A stretch of DNA of 64,000 nt from Eledone cirrhosa (taxonomy: Eukaryota), in assembly GCA_964016885.1 (NCBI GenBank), contig OZ024755.1:9114001-9178000 (forward strand), read 5' to 3'. Positions 1-14,885 of this stretch are shown in pieces. The notes under the pieces were generated by a model. That model saw only the letters and a program-made list of their open reading frames with translations, was not told the origin of the DNA and made no database searches. Position 1 is the first letter of the stretch. The number at the start of each line of letters is the position of its first letter. The position numbers and the translations under genes were made by a program.

Positions 1-251
1 GATAGATAGAGTAGATACGCAAATAACATATAAGAACACAGTTAAATATATAGTTATTAGTTAAGTACGTAGTAGGTAGATAGATCGATAGGTGTGTGTA
101 TGTGTGTGAGAAAGTTCATATATAGAGAGAGATAGATATATAGATATTTACAATTTACAAGGTGTATAAATATATTCATAGAAAGACACGGAATAATATA
201 CACAAACATCAATTATACAGGTAGACGGAAACATATATATATATTATATAT

Positions 252-305
252 ATAGGAAAAGAGTCAGGACCCCGTCGGCTGAGCTCCGGCCGTTTCGACA
301 GCTAG
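252..305 (-). mobile_element. Single-arm fragment of the TA-inserted fold-back (half-hammerhead) family
   Basis: ATAGGAAAAGAGTCAGGACCCCGTCGGCTGAGCTCCGGCCGTTTCGACAGCTAG matches the arms of the 32687/40959/41526/46990 copies; flanked by (TA)n. Confidence 0.75.
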
Positions 306-487
<182 letters not shown>

Positions 488-1292
488 TGATTAAATAGAT
501 AGATGTCTATATATTCCATTAGGGTTTTGGTGAAGGGTTTAAAATGAGGATATATAACAGAAATCCTTTTTGGTAAAAGGGCTCTTCAATCAACACTGAC
601 GATTTTTTTTTTTTTCTAGGCGACTTGCTGAGGGTCGGTAAACTTAGTTGGTCCGTTAGGGAACTCGCGTGCAAACGCGCACGCAAGTCAGTGCGCGTGC
701 GTGTGGGTGTCAGTGCGTACATCTGTGTGTCCGTATGTGTATCCGTGTATGCACACGCTTGTGTAAATGTGAGAGTGTAAATGTGTCCGTATGTGTGTGT
801 CTGTGAGAGAGAGCGTGTGTGTGTGTGTGCGTGTGTGAGACCGTGAGAATATAATTGTGTAATTGTGTATGACAGCGAGAAGTGTCTTAATATTACAGCG
901 TATACTATAGTATTGTATAGTATATCAAGGTGTAGTACAGTACAGTATAGTATAATATAATATAGTATAGTGTGTGTTAGTCTTTCTATGTAAGAGTTTA
1001 CGTTAAAGTTGAATTGAAACTCTACACATCGATCTGAATATAATATAATATACATACATGCACACACACATATATATATAGATATATACATATCTATATA
1101 TATACATATACATATATACACATATACATATATATACATATATATACATATATATACACATATACATATATATATATACATATATATATATACATATATA
1201 CATATACATACATATATATACATATACATATATATATATACATATACATATATATATATATACATATACATAATATATACATATATATATAT

Positions 1293-1324
<32 letters not shown>

Positions 1325-1342
1325 GTATATATATACACACAC

Positions 1343-1398
<56 letters not shown>

Positions 1399-1615
1399 AC
1401 ACATGAGTTCATGAGCATGTAATTGTAAATGCATATGTGTGTGTGTTCTGAGTGGTGTAGTGTAGAGTGGTGTAGTGTGGTGCGGTGTGGTGGTGCGCGC
1501 GTACGTGTTGGTGTGTGTAAGCCTTCCCGTAGTTAAGTGCTTGTCTTTGGTTTTGACTCGCGACTACGTTATTATCACACACGTCTGTCAGTAGGGCTGT
1601 CAGAGCCGAACAACT

Positions 1616-1649
<34 letters not shown>

Positions 1650-1739
1650 CCCTCTATCACATACACACTCTCTCTCAAACATACACACTCTCTATATATC
1701 TATCTATCAACCTCTATCCCGCGCTCTCCCTTTCGCTGT

Positions 1740-1771
<32 letters not shown>

Positions 1772-1775
1772 CTAA

Positions 1776-1809
<34 letters not shown>

Positions 1810-2112
1810 CTATGTAGCTATCTATCTCTCTTTAACTCTCTCTCTCTCTCTATCTATCTATCTATGTAGCTATCTATCTCTCTTTAACTCTCTCTATCTA
1901 TCTATCTATCTATCTATGTAGCTATCTATCTCTCTTTAACTCTCTCTCTCGGATTTTCATTTTTTTTCGTCTTTTTTTTCTTTTCCCAGTTGTTTTTGTC
2001 TTGTAATTCTTTTTGTGCTTTTTATTATATATTTTTTTTTTTTTTTGCAAGGCTGTCTGTAGTTTAGTTCTTTCTGTTTGTCTGTCTGACTGTCGTTTGC
2101 CCGCACACATGT

Positions 2113-2204
<92 letters not shown>

Positions 2205-2375
2205 GGCACATACATAAAATATATGCATATATATATATATATATATATAAATATATAGATAGAATATAAATATATATTAATACATATATAGATATATATT
2301 CATATATATATATTCATATATATATATATATATATTCATATATATACATATAAACATATATATATATATATATAC

Positions 2376-2424
<49 letters not shown>

Positions 2425-2680
2425 TGTGGGGGCCCCGCCTTCCTCCCTACCTGGCCGCTTGCTCCTCGCTGGCTCGGCTCGTTCACACAGCCTCCTCCCT
2501 CCCTCTTGCCCCTCCCTCCCTCCCCTGCACACACTGCCAGAGTTGTTTCACCCTCCTATCTAGCTCCTGCTCTAACTCTGCTCTGCTCTGCTCGTCGCCT
2601 GCTTGTTCACCCCGCCCACCCGTCGCCAGCCAGCTTGCTTGACTCCCTCCCTGAACGCCCGCCACTGCTCGCAGCCCGTT
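2425..2680 (+). promoter_or_regulatory. GC-rich putative promoter/5'UTR of the EGF-ligand gene
   Basis: Local GC/CpG-rich island with GC-box-like CCCCGCC motifs, 180-440 bp upstream of the ATG, in otherwise very AT-rich DNA. Confidence 0.4.
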
Positions 2681-2692
2681 TTTCTTTTTCTT

Positions 2693-2725
<33 letters not shown>

Positions 2726-2862
2726 TAGTTAGTTAGTTAGTCAGTCAGTCAGTCCGTCAGATACGCATATTAGCCACCAGCAAGATCTCTTTCGATGCCT
2801 TCTACTGTCGCTTCGGAAGACTACACCTCGGAACGCTAAGACAAAATGTTCTTGCATTCAAT

Positions 2863-3201
2863 ATGGCTACTACCCGGCCTGCATATGTTTTTACCTCATG
2901 TTTCTGTCTTGTTCAATCCTTCTTGTTCATGTTATTCTTGATCTGGAATGTTTCTACATCACCTTCGTTACCACCAACACCACCGCCGCCGCCGCCGCCA
3001 CCGCCACCGCCACCGTCACCGTCACCACCACAACCGCCGACATCCCCGTCGTCGCCGTCGCTCTCCTTCTTACTGTTGTCGCCGTCGCCGTCGCCGTCGC
3101 CGCCGCCGCCGCTGCCTCCACTGTCGTCGTCGTCGTTCTCATCGCCGCCGCCACTGTCATCGACAGCGTCACCTTCATCATCATCGGCATCATCAGCAGG
3201 A

Positions 3202-3237
<36 letters not shown>

Positions 3238-4349
3238 GCAGCAGCAACAACAACATCAGTTAATTTACCAGCCTACTCATCATCCCCTTACCAACATTTT
3301 CAATTACCGGCATTCTCATCCTCGACATTACCACCACCATCGTTATCTGCTTCCTCCTTTTCTTCTTCTTCCTTACCATCGTCGTTGTCGCCGTCATCGC
3401 GGTCACTTTCCTCTCGTCTATTGTCTCATACGCCACCATCACCGGCCACAATGCAGTTGTTATCCAATAAGCAGCCGGGTTCTCTGCTACGCTTCAATAA
3501 TTCAGTCATGTCTACTTCGATTCACTTGGACAATTTATCAGTGGCATCGGATAACGTTAGTATTATTGCCAACAACAGCAGCAGCAGCAGGAATCACAGT
3601 GGAACTAATCGATCTATTATTGACCACAACAATGGGTCATACGATAACTACCAACAACAACAGCAACAGCAACAACAACATTATCAAAAGCGCAAAAGAC
3701 ACAAAGAATCTGAAAATCAGCAAAAACAAGAACAACATAAAAACGAATACAAACAACAATATCAACAAAAACAACGACAGAAACGGAAACAACAAACACA
3801 ACAACAACAGCAACATCAACAACAACAACCGCAACTTCTGCTTCTACTTCAAAAAGAAGAAGAACGGCGAACACTCCGACGGTTACAAAAACAACAACAG
3901 CAACATCAAAAACAACAATATCACCAACAACAGCAGCAGTTGCAACACCAACAACAGCACCAGCAGCAAAATCAACAACTGCAGCATGGTCTGAATTCAA
4001 CCCAACAAATGCAACAAAAGTATGGAAAACTGTACAAACAACAACGAGAACAAAACAGTTCGTTGGCTAAACTAAAGCAATTATACCGCTGGTCCCAAGA
4101 AATCCCTACCAAACAGAGGGACCAGCAAATTCGCAGTGGATATTCGGATTATAACGGGTTAACAAATGCCTCTTTACTTTCCAATTTAACAACTTCCGAA
4201 CGTGTTCACCTCTTAAACAACACTCGGACACTTTTATTATCACTGTATAAAAATATTACTGGTAATGATACCAGCTCTAACACAACAAACAATACTATGC
4301 AAACATTGACAAACGCACCGTCATTCACACAAACACTTATACCACCATT

Positions 4350-4384
<35 letters not shown>

Positions 4385-6044
4385 TACCATACTCATCATT
4401 ATTATCATCATCATTGCCGTTATTACATTCATCATCATCACAATCATCATCATCATCATCATCATCATTATTATTATCATCTACTTCTTTACAAACTTCA
4501 ACACAATCAACAAAAACATTAACTACACCATCATATCCATCACTTATTATATCAGCATTAACATCCACATCGTCGTTACAATCCTTAACATCATCATCAT
4601 CACCATCACTATCATCACGCACGGACAACTACTTATCGACGATATCGTTATTTTTATCATCATCAAACTTGTCATCAATATTTTCCTCATTACGAGTAAA
4701 AGTAAACCCGTTAAAGGGATTGTTTAGGGTGGAAACACGTGACAAATATTCAATCAATAAAACAAACAATTGGGACTTTGAAAAGAAAGGGGAAATTATT
4801 GATGGGAAAGAAACAGATATGTCTTTAAAAGACAGGACTGAGACCGAAACACGGCACCAAGATGTTGTAGTTTCTGGTTATAACCGTGATACTGTAAAAT
4901 TAAATATAACACTGAAGCCTCACAAACACACACGCAAACATATATACAACAACATCCACAAAAACAATACCTTTAACAAAAACAATAAATCACTTCCTGG
5001 AATGGATACCTATACGAACTCGCGTCCTGCTATTTCAAAGGATACGTTTATTTCCGGACATTTACGTTCAGCTCCAACGTTACAGGAGGATCAAGTCACA
5101 GGTAAGAACACACTGTTACGGATTATTATTGATTCTACTAACCGCAACTTACCTGTAACTGATACTCCGGATAGACACACTACACTAAAGAAAGGTGGTG
5201 TGCGTATGACACGAAACAACATGAAAGGCAGTGACTCGGATGTTCCACAAGTGGAATTATACAGTTATATAAATATTTCAGAAAAGATTTCTGATGACAC
5301 GGACACCGTTGGTCATGATAAAGATAGCAATCACAGTGCTGTCCCTAGCCGCGGTGGCTACGATAATCATAAACACTTATCGTCTCCTACAGTGGAGAAA
5401 AACCTCTCCTCGCCAATGGATATAGTAAAAATTAAACAAGTTGAAAGCAAACAGCTCACTAATATTGTACAGGACATTTCTGAAAGGCATCAACCACGTG
5501 AAGCCATGTCAAAAACAGGGTCTTCGTTTGGAGTACCTAGGACCCTGGACAACGTTGATTCAAAGATCATCAATTCAATATCTTTGTCTCCTACATATCT
5601 TCCTTCACTTCTTCTTCATACGTCTTCTTCTCTTCCTTCTTCTTCTTCCCAGATACACCAGGCAAAACACAACGATTTACACCCTACCTCTCCCCCACAG
5701 ACTTTCATTGCACGTTTAACATCGCACTCAACACATGCTCCGTCATTGTTCTCGTTGTCATCGTCGCTATCATCGTCAACGTCACCACCTGGGATTGAAA
5801 CGATAATGACGACGATGACAACGTCAACGACATCAAAACTGCTAAAGCAGTTACGTCAGTTAGTGACACCTTCAAAAGAAGGTGACACAATAAAGGTCCT
5901 CACCGACCAACATCGGACTATAAATGTCCACAATGTAAATAATGCCCTTAACAGTCTTCCAATTAGGAAAATAAAATTAAGTAAATTTAGGGATAAATCT
6001 TATTTTTATTTCAAACACAATAACAGCATGGGGAGCAATAAACA

Positions 6045-6112
<68 letters not shown>

Positions 6113-7088
6113 AACGAACAGGTATAAACACTAATACCTTTGATAATCCTAGCCAGAACACTAACCATCTTCTTCCCTCCCAACATAACCAACACACTAT
6201 CGACATCATCAATAACAACAACGCCGACAATAACAACAACAACTATAACACTATTAATGACAGTGTAAGTAACAATGTCGCTGCTGCTTCCCAAACACAA
6301 GGTAAGCTCCTTGGTCACAAACATATCATTAATTCTACTACAACAGATAGTGCTAGTACCCTTGACGCTGTCACGGTTTCAACTTCCATACCTGTGGCAA
6401 ATGACATTCTCACATCATTACCTTCAACTATCTCTCCTTCTTTCTCTTCTATATCTTCCTCTCTGACCACATCTCCTTTATTATCTAAGATAGTAAAAGA
6501 CCAGGAGTCGACGTCCTTGGTCATGGACCCTAATGGGAATATGCAAAATTCCGACAGACAAACACAAAACCATCAACAACAACAAACACATCAGCTGTCA
6601 GAGAAACAGAGACGGCCGCCGTCATCTTCAACGCCACAACCACAACACATAACACAATTTAGTGGAGGACAACAAAAAGCCAAATTGACATTAAGTGACA
6701 ACTTAATCGTCCAAGATGTCACTAATAATGGCTTATTTCCGAAAAAATCGGACACCACAGACGGGACGGCAAAAATCCGTCACAAACGAAGTTTTCTGGA
6801 CTATTACTACGAACAGTGGGAAAAACTACAAGAAAATACAGATTTCGTGGATGACTCAATTGCTATAATACCTTCAAACTATGACAGCGATTTATCGTCA
6901 GTTGATCTGACGAAAGCAGTCGAACAAACTAGCACTACGGACTCGTTCCAAGGGAACCAAGCTGTTTATGGCAGCGGAGCCGAAATGTCTTTCTCCAATT
7001 TGGTACCATGCTCCAGTGAAGAGAAATTCTACTGTCTTAATGAGGGTACCTGTTACATTATGGTGATGATGGAGCGAAAAACATGCAA
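2863..7088 (+). CDS. First (giant) coding exon of an EGFR/ErbB-ligand precursor (neuregulin/vein/EGF-like), 3'-partial
   Basis: 1409-codon open frame containing only triplet repeats. N-terminal hydrophobic stretch FTSCFCLVQSFLFMLFLIWNV; poly-P/A/Q/S tracts; RHKR at 6778-6789. Ends NLVPC-x7-C-x5-C-x10-C-K, the start of the EGFR-ligand spacing CX7CX4-5CX10-13CXCX8C, resembling NRG1 HLVKCAEKEKTFCVNGGEC. The ORF 'stop' lies inside a GTAAGT donor. Confidence 0.88.
7009..7088 (+). other. N-terminal two-thirds of an EGF-like domain (Cys1-Cys4)
   Basis: CSSEEKFYCLNEGTCYIMVMMERKTCK; Cys5 and Cys6 must be in a downstream exon. Confidence 0.9.
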
Positions 7089-7094
7089 GTAAGT
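7089..7094 (+). other. 5' splice donor (phase 2) between EGF Cys4 and Cys5
   Basis: TGC AA|GTAAGT consensus donor at the intron position conserved in EGFR-ligand genes. Confidence 0.88.
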
Positions 7095-8959
7095 AGCCCA
7101 GTTCCTTAATTTTTTTTTTATTTCATTCGCTTGTTCTTCTCCCTTTAATAACTTTTTTGCATCATATATATATTTAACATTATTTGTTCATTACAAAGGA
7201 AAATGTTGATCAACCTTGTGACCACCTCTGTAAAAAGAGTAAAAACGTTTGATTTGTAATGATCAAATGATGTAAATAATATATATTTACTAATTTGTAT
7301 TGAGTGCTCATTTAAAACTGCTCTGTTTTACGCTTGTGAAAAATGTTAAGAAGATAAATAAATATATATACAGTGTAATCCAACAGCAATATGCGGTAAA
7401 CTGCCGATTTACATGTTGAAAAGAGAATAGTTTCATAAAACGATCAAAATTTTTTCTATTTTTCGTTCTGTTTTTGTTTTTACCGGGCTCAAAGAGGTGT
7501 CAGATTCTTTATAATGAATTTCTCTTTTGCAAACATTTTTATCAATTGATAATTAAATATAAACTAGTGCAGTGTTGAACGTATTTAACGTTTGGAATGC
7601 AGCAATAGATTGGTATGCCATCTATACCAAAATTATCAGATATATAAACAATCATACAAACTGGGAACTTTACGTGTTGATAAACTAATGGTTCATATAA
7701 GAGAAACCCTATAGTTTATGTTGATTCATGACGCGGAGAAATGAGTAAAGATAGGAATGATATTTTAATGATTTATTTTTAGGATATAATTACGTATGTA
7801 CACATGGTTTACAAACTTAAATGTATGAGTACCTTTGGAGAAATAACTATTTACACAGATGAACGTAAAGTTAGAATCCAGGACTTGTGATTCGAAAATG
7901 AACTTCTTAGAGGAACATAACTGTGATAGGAGCTGTATTGTGTGTATTTGCGCGTATGTGTGTATGCTTGTGTGTGTGGATTTTAAAATGTTTGAAGCAG
8001 ATATACAGACAGCCGTCACTCGCAATCAGGTAAAACTTGGTAGTATGTACTGTACTTTCACTAAGGTTTCTAGGCAGCTTTGCAATTGTGTCAGACATAC
8101 ACATCCTCCCAACCCGCCCCACTTCCTTGATACAGCGAAACATCCAGGATGTGACTGCTGAAAGTTGAGATGGCTGCACCAGCACTGAGTTGGTACTTTC
8201 TTTATCGAAACTGAAAGAATGAAAGGAAATTGGACCTTGGTTGGATTTGAACTCAAAACTCCAAGAGTTGGAACAAAGGTCCAAAGCTCTAAGAACTCTG
8301 CTAAATCTACCGCCTTATATATCGGGAAGAAATGATGGGTCCAGTGAGGAAATTGGCTTGAGGTTAAAACATGTTACTCACACTGTTTTTGCCAGACAAC
8401 GTATTTCATAGCGAGTAGGATCCCCGGGTATATAGGGAGAGAATATTAATAGAAAAAAATTACGGATAATTAAACAGATAATTAAACATCGCATACAAGA
8501 CCTGGATAACATTTTTAGCCATGTATTTCTTTTAATTGACTTATATATATAATACGGTAATTTCCTTAACATTGATTTTCACAATGCTAATGTAAAAGCT
8601 AATTAATTCTTTTGATACTGAATCTCTTGAAACTGGCTCTTGCTGTTTGTTTTAATTCATTAAACTGTGTTCCACCAAAGACCAGCTTAATAAAACAATG
8701 TCAGGTTTTTCTCTATCCTGTCAGCCGGGACCTCGAGGTCAACTGTCCCTTAGGACATGCTACATAACTTAATTTTGTCTTATAGCATGTATATATATTT
8801 TTCGTTATTTTTTGTCTTTACTGGACCTTCTTTCTGTTTCTTCATTGTGATCCTGTCCCTATTTTGACTTAAGCCTGACACGTCGAATTTTCTTTCTTCT
8901 TTCCAATATAAAGCATGAAACTAATAAGACTTTTTGTACCTCTGTTTGTTGTATCCTTG

Positions 8960-9021
<62 letters not shown>

Positions 9022-9022
9022 T

Positions 9023-9059
<37 letters not shown>

Positions 9060-9452
9060 TCGCACACACACACACAATACAACCATAAGAAGGTTATATG
9101 TTTTAATCCCTTCTAATCCTTTATTATTTTCAAAATTACTTGAAAATCATAAGCAGTATCTTTCTTTCACTAGAGATATATGGTAACAAGAGGGTTAATA
9201 TAATATTGTGTAATAAATTATGTATACTAGATGTTTTTTTCGTATCATATGTGTGTAGAGGGAAGGGAATGGTGAATTAGTCAAAGAGGGGCTGCTGAAA
9301 ATAGGTTAGAAAACACTAGTTTAACGAGTAGTATATATGATGGTGTCATGCCCCACCTCTTCTAGTGGCTGGCAGCTGAGGAGGTAAAAACAGAAATTGA
9401 TAGGTGTGTGCATGCGTCAGTATGTGTGTATTTGTGTGCGTGCGTGTGTGAA

Positions 9453-9565
9453 GACGCGTGGCTTAGTAGTTAGTAATGAGGTCGTGAGTTCGATTCCCGA
9501 ACCGAACCCGACGATGTATTGAGTCCTAGAACAAAACTCTTTATTTCACATTGCTCCAGTTCAAT
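9453..9565 (+). mobile_element. tRNA-derived SINE (family B), partial
   Basis: A-box-like GTGGCTTAGTAG and B-box-like GAGTTCGATTCC, then CTTTATTTCACATTGCTCCAGT. Related degraded copies near 13255, 15080, 20420, 27320, 43290 (+) and 21390, 24300, 28780, 45860 (-). Confidence 0.6.
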
Positions 9566-9780
9566 GATCTGGAATATACCTTCCGAAGACATTGGATTTA
9601 AGTTATATCGACTTTTGTTTTTCCCTTGGACAACATCGGTGTTGTGGGGGGAAGAGACTAGCATGCATGGTGGTGTGGTGTTAAGCAAGACACTTTATTA
9701 ATATCTGCTATGGCATTGAGTACTCATTCACGCGTTGGGCAATAAAAACGGATAAACATAATATATATATATACATACAT

Positions 9781-9872
<92 letters not shown>

Positions 9873-10687
9873 TCACACGTATATATATACATACATACAT
9901 GTATATATGTTTGTGTGTGTGTGAGTGTGTGTGTGCCTATATGTCTGTGAGTATGTATGCTCACACCCTCATACATATATATATATGCAAAAATTCGTTT
10001 ATCTTTAGATGCACGTAAATCACTTTTTCTTCCTGCTTCCAATTAGTTGTATAAACACACGTAGAAACACCTATATGCATATGTGTGTCAGTATGTCAAA
10101 CATATGCATTTATATTAACACGTATGAGTTACATATACGCAATTTTATTAACAGCGTGATAATGTATGGTCTATCAACAACCGTTGCTGTTACTTTAGAT
10201 TCTTCCTCTACTAGCTGGAAAAGATTTGTGATAGTTACGGGTTTTTCTGTTGCTATACAAGGATAAAGGATATATTAAATGTCTAAATGAAACACAGTAA
10301 ATTAATTAAAGCAGAAGTTATTATTAGTAAGTCACACCACTAAAGACAGTATTTTTTAATTCGTTTGTGGCATTCCTATGCCCTAGAAAATATAATAACC
10401 TATGACAATGTGACAAACGGTGTTAATGCTCTTTCGAAAGGCATGAGCATCTTAGAGTCTATTGCTCCTATTCTCTAAATCTAGGACATTGTGCTGAAGT
10501 GAGAAATTAACTTAAGGAATAAATTTTGCTTAAGTAGGACATGCCTTAAAAATCTGAGACGATTTATTCTTAACAAAATAATAATAAATTTTCCGCCTTT
10601 AGAGAGGAAACATTTAAAAATATTTGCATCTACTCTACGTTTCGATCGTTTTGATATCCCATTAGCTTATTATCATCGGATGGGTTG

Positions 10688-10810
10688 TTCCTGCCAACCT
10701 CTAAAAACCCAAACGGGGAGTACTATGAAAAAAGTGCCTCAAAACGGCGAGAAATTAAGCAAAATGGGGAGATTTTACATAATGAAAGCTATACCCACAT
10801 TTTCACAAAA
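10688..10810. mobile_element. Dispersed repeat (MITE-like) fragment
   Basis: 10712-10808 is the reverse complement, with substitutions, of ~15755-15850. Confidence 0.55.
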
Positions 10811-12556
10811 AGTTCAATCAAACCCTGGAAATCGATATCTATTACATTGCCGCCCCAACCCCACCCCCACCCACCCCTCTTGCTTATAGTGTATCATTAG
10901 CAATTAATACTGTATAAACAATGTCAGCTATCTACACTTTTCTTCCGAGAGCAAACTGGAACATTAATCGTGAAAATCGATGGAGGTCCATTCCATTCAA
11001 TTCCAGGTTCTATCCTGAAATAAAGTTAATGCAAAAGTAGAGGATAAGAAGTTTGAAACTATTTCTCTTCTTACGCAACATGCAACCAGCACTTCAAATT
11101 TCCTACTTTAACTATATTTGATGTAAAAAAACAAATATAAGCAATTATAGTTTGTTCCTAATTGCTCTTGACTAGAAACAAGAATGCCTTTTATTTATTC
11201 TGAGAATGAGAGGTGTATTATATCTGCAAGTCATGCGTTCTTAACGGTGCATTTAGTTGAGTAAAATGAATGAGATATAGTTCTTTCGCCTGGTTAGGAC
11301 GCCAGATTATCGAAGGCAACATTCTTAGAAAATGTACTTATTCTCTGTAGTTGAATCAACTGAGATACGTTGAGTTAAACCCCTACTGTGGGTGTAACAT
11401 TACGACTCATCTGTTGATAGTGCAATATTTTTGTAGCAAATGTTTGTATTTCAACTGTGATATTTTATCAGTCTGAGAAAGTTTAGTAGGAAATGATCAT
11501 CTTTTCTGATCCTTCAAAACAATTCGGGTCACAAATTACTAGAAGAGGTTGTACGATTAATTACAATTTAAACATTTGGAGTGAAAACTGTTAATGAATG
11601 GAAGTTTCAAACGTATGCAGATCTTAAAAGCATGGATCAGAAAATGTATTTTGTACAGTGTCAGAGATGAACTCAGTCAGAATTGATCCAGGTCCACTGA
11701 GTGCATATTGGTAGTGTTAATATAGGGCGTGCGAGTTTCATCTATTTATATTGTTTGTTTTTCTTGTTTTTCTTTTACGACAGGTATTTTATTGTTCCTT
11801 TAATAATTGATGGTGTTTCTACTAAATGAGTTCACAACAGTTTAATTAATCTCTATTCCATTGAATTGAAGCTCAAGAGACCCATAATTGAAGCTCAGAG
11901 ACCCAGATTAGGCACTTCTATTGTTTCCTCAATTTCTTCTTATTTTGAATCGTCATGTAGAAATATTCCCCCTGAGCCACAAATTAACATGAGCAAGCTT
12001 TTCAAATCTGAGAAATGTTATTCTCCTAAACTGGATTAAGTCTGAAATAACAGAATTAATAACAATTAGTTTGTGATCGCCCTTATAGTTATGTATATTT
12101 GTATTTCATTTAGTATAAACACAATGTACACTATTCCTTTCCAGTTTAGATTCCACCCTAATTCTTCACTTGACTAAAATTCTTCCCCTGGCATTTGAAA
12201 TTCTTCACATGGGAATCAATGCATTGCACTGGAGAATTATTCCACATGAAGTAATTTATTTTGAGACCTCAAATTCCAATAAAGAACACTTTCAGAAGAT
12301 TTCTTACCTATGTTGAATTTAAAAGAGCGCTGATATTTAAAAGTTAATTTGACTCAGTTGAACCATGCATTTATTAGACTATGAATACTGTGAATAAAAT
12401 TTGAACATGATTGATTGAAATTTTTTAATTTTATGAGAGCACAAATTCGAATATATTGTAAGGCATTACATTTTTCAGTTCTTTTACTTATCTTAGGTTT
12501 ACTCCATATGTTAAAGAATTAACATTAGATATAAAGTGTTAACATTATATATTGTA

Positions 12557-12743
12557 GTTGGATTGGCAGTATCAGTAGAGGGTCTGACGCCATGCTTTGC
12601 AGCAAAGAGTTACGGCCCTTTATGATCTGAGTTCAAATCTTGCCGAGGTTAACTTTTTCTTTCATCCTTACGGGGTCGACAAAATAAAGTACCAGTAATG
12701 TACTGGGTAATTGCTGGCCTTGTGCCAAAAGTAGAAACAATTA
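12557..12743 (+). mobile_element. tRNA-derived SINE (family A) with target-site duplication
   Basis: TTGGCAGTATC...GAGTTCAAATC (B box)...TTTCATCCTTACGGGGTCGA(C/T)AAAATAAAGTACCAG...GTAGAAACAATTA; flanking direct repeat TTATATATTGTAGTT. Confidence 0.85.
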
Positions 12744-14335
12744 TATATTGTAGTTAGCTGTTTGCTTTAACATTAGCTGACATAACTGCCAACAGAGTTC
12801 ATATTCCTTATCGTAGATATAATATTAGATGTCTTAAGGTTTACGTTAGACGTCATAATTTTAACATTAGCTATCTTAGTTGTCATAATTTTTACATTAT
12901 TCTCTAGAGAGCTTTTATATTTACATTAGTTGATAACAATTGTTAGACGTTTTGCATAACATTTTTATCGTTTTACATATTTGTCATCACATTTTTAGCA
13001 CTGAAAAGATTTTGACAACTAAATTTCAAACAAAATACATCACTTCAAGTCTGGATCTGCAATGGAAATTATCTCGATTGATTATTTCTGTGACTTTGGT
13101 TACAAATGAGGTGTTGCAGGATTGTCTTGTTATGTGAACGGCTCACATTTCAGATGTTTACTTCGGTGTAAACAGGCAAGATATGACATGTACATACAAA
13201 CATAAATATATACACACATACACACGCCTGTGTGTGTGTTTCTATGTGAGGGGAGTGCGTGAGTGTCACGGTACGTAGCTTACTGGTTAAGGTAATCGGC
13301 TTACGTTCGTAAGGTTGTGACTTCGAATTCTGGTGACGCGTTGTAACTTTGAGCAAGACTAAAGTTCACGTAGATCTAGTCCATTCAGCAAGCAGAAAAA
13401 GAGTTTTACATGTACTTTAAGAGCCAGCCTAGTCACACACTGCATCACACTGAATCTTCCTAAGAATTACACACTGGATATTCAGTTTTATAATACAACT
13501 ACTGTAAATACTCGTGTAAAAGTTAACCTTAGTTCTTCACGGATCAACATTGAGAATCAAGTCATTCTGAACGTAAACTTTTACGATAAACTAATTGATT
13601 TTACTACGTTATTATACCCTGGAAAACTACGCAAACTTATTTATATTTTGGTCCATAGAAACATCGGTATTATTACTGTAATTCATTGTTTTACCTCTAT
13701 TCATCTAAAGTCTATTTGAGCTTCTAAATACAGTATTTTAGATCGTTGTGTCAATTTGAGCCCCTCCTATGTCGTATCTATATAATGGACGACCACTTAA
13801 ATTTAGCTTTAAAAAATCATTTTTTACATGAGTATTTATGGTACTAGTTTTCTCTAGAACATAACACACACGTGTGAGAGAGGAGAGAAAGAGAATCAGT
13901 GCAGAGTCCCCATTAAGCTATCATAATGATTATCTTCTTTCTCTTTTTCTTGGTTTCTTTTTTAATATTTTATTATTATTATTTATTTACTATTTACTTA
14001 TTTACGATTTATATTTATATCGTTTGAAATGCCCCTCACCCGCGACCTACACCTTTCCTACTCACTCCATCATTCTGTTAGGCTGGCTGTAACAGACAGA
14101 TATGTAAAGCTTGGGAGAAAGTAATAAATGTCTTTACATGTGTCTATAATTGTCAAAAACAACAAAAAGGGGCATTCACTTGTAAATAAATGCACAGCAC
14201 TAATGTGTACTACACGATACCAACATAACCTTGAACAGATTGGAACAAATGCGAACATTAAATATATATATACATATATATATATGTATATATATATATA
14301 TGTGTGTGCGTGTGTATATATATATATATATATAA

Positions 14336-14388
<53 letters not shown>

Positions 14389-14485
14389 TAAACAAATAAT
14401 GAACAAACAATTCCTTATATTAAACAAAAAAATTTATCTACATATATATATATATATATATATATTTATCTACATATATATATAT

Positions 14486-14520
<35 letters not shown>

Positions 14521-14592
14521 AATATATATATATATATTTATATATATATAAATATATATATATATATTTATATATATATAAATATATATATA

Positions 14593-14642
<50 letters not shown>

Positions 14643-14674
14643 TATATATATGTATGTATATATATATATGTATG

Positions 14675-14741
<67 letters not shown>

Positions 14742-14815
14742 GTATATATATATATATATATATGTATACATATATATATGTATACATATATATATATATA
14801 CATATGTATATATAC

Positions 14816-14885
<70 letters not shown>

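Noticed and set aside
2898-4628. Overlapping alternative-frame and antisense ORFs within the large exon
   Set aside because: By-products of triplet repeats in the main frame.
8870-8935. Possible decayed hammerhead (CTGACAC...GAAACTAATAAGAC) next to (TA)n
   Set aside because: Core and helices are too degenerate to support.
9453-9505. tRNA gene
   Set aside because: A/B boxes belong to a SINE head; no complete cloverleaf.
13147-13195. TTTCAG|A TGT as a candidate next EGF exon
   Set aside because: Gives K-C-LLRCKQARY, with no C-x8-C spacing or GxRC motif.
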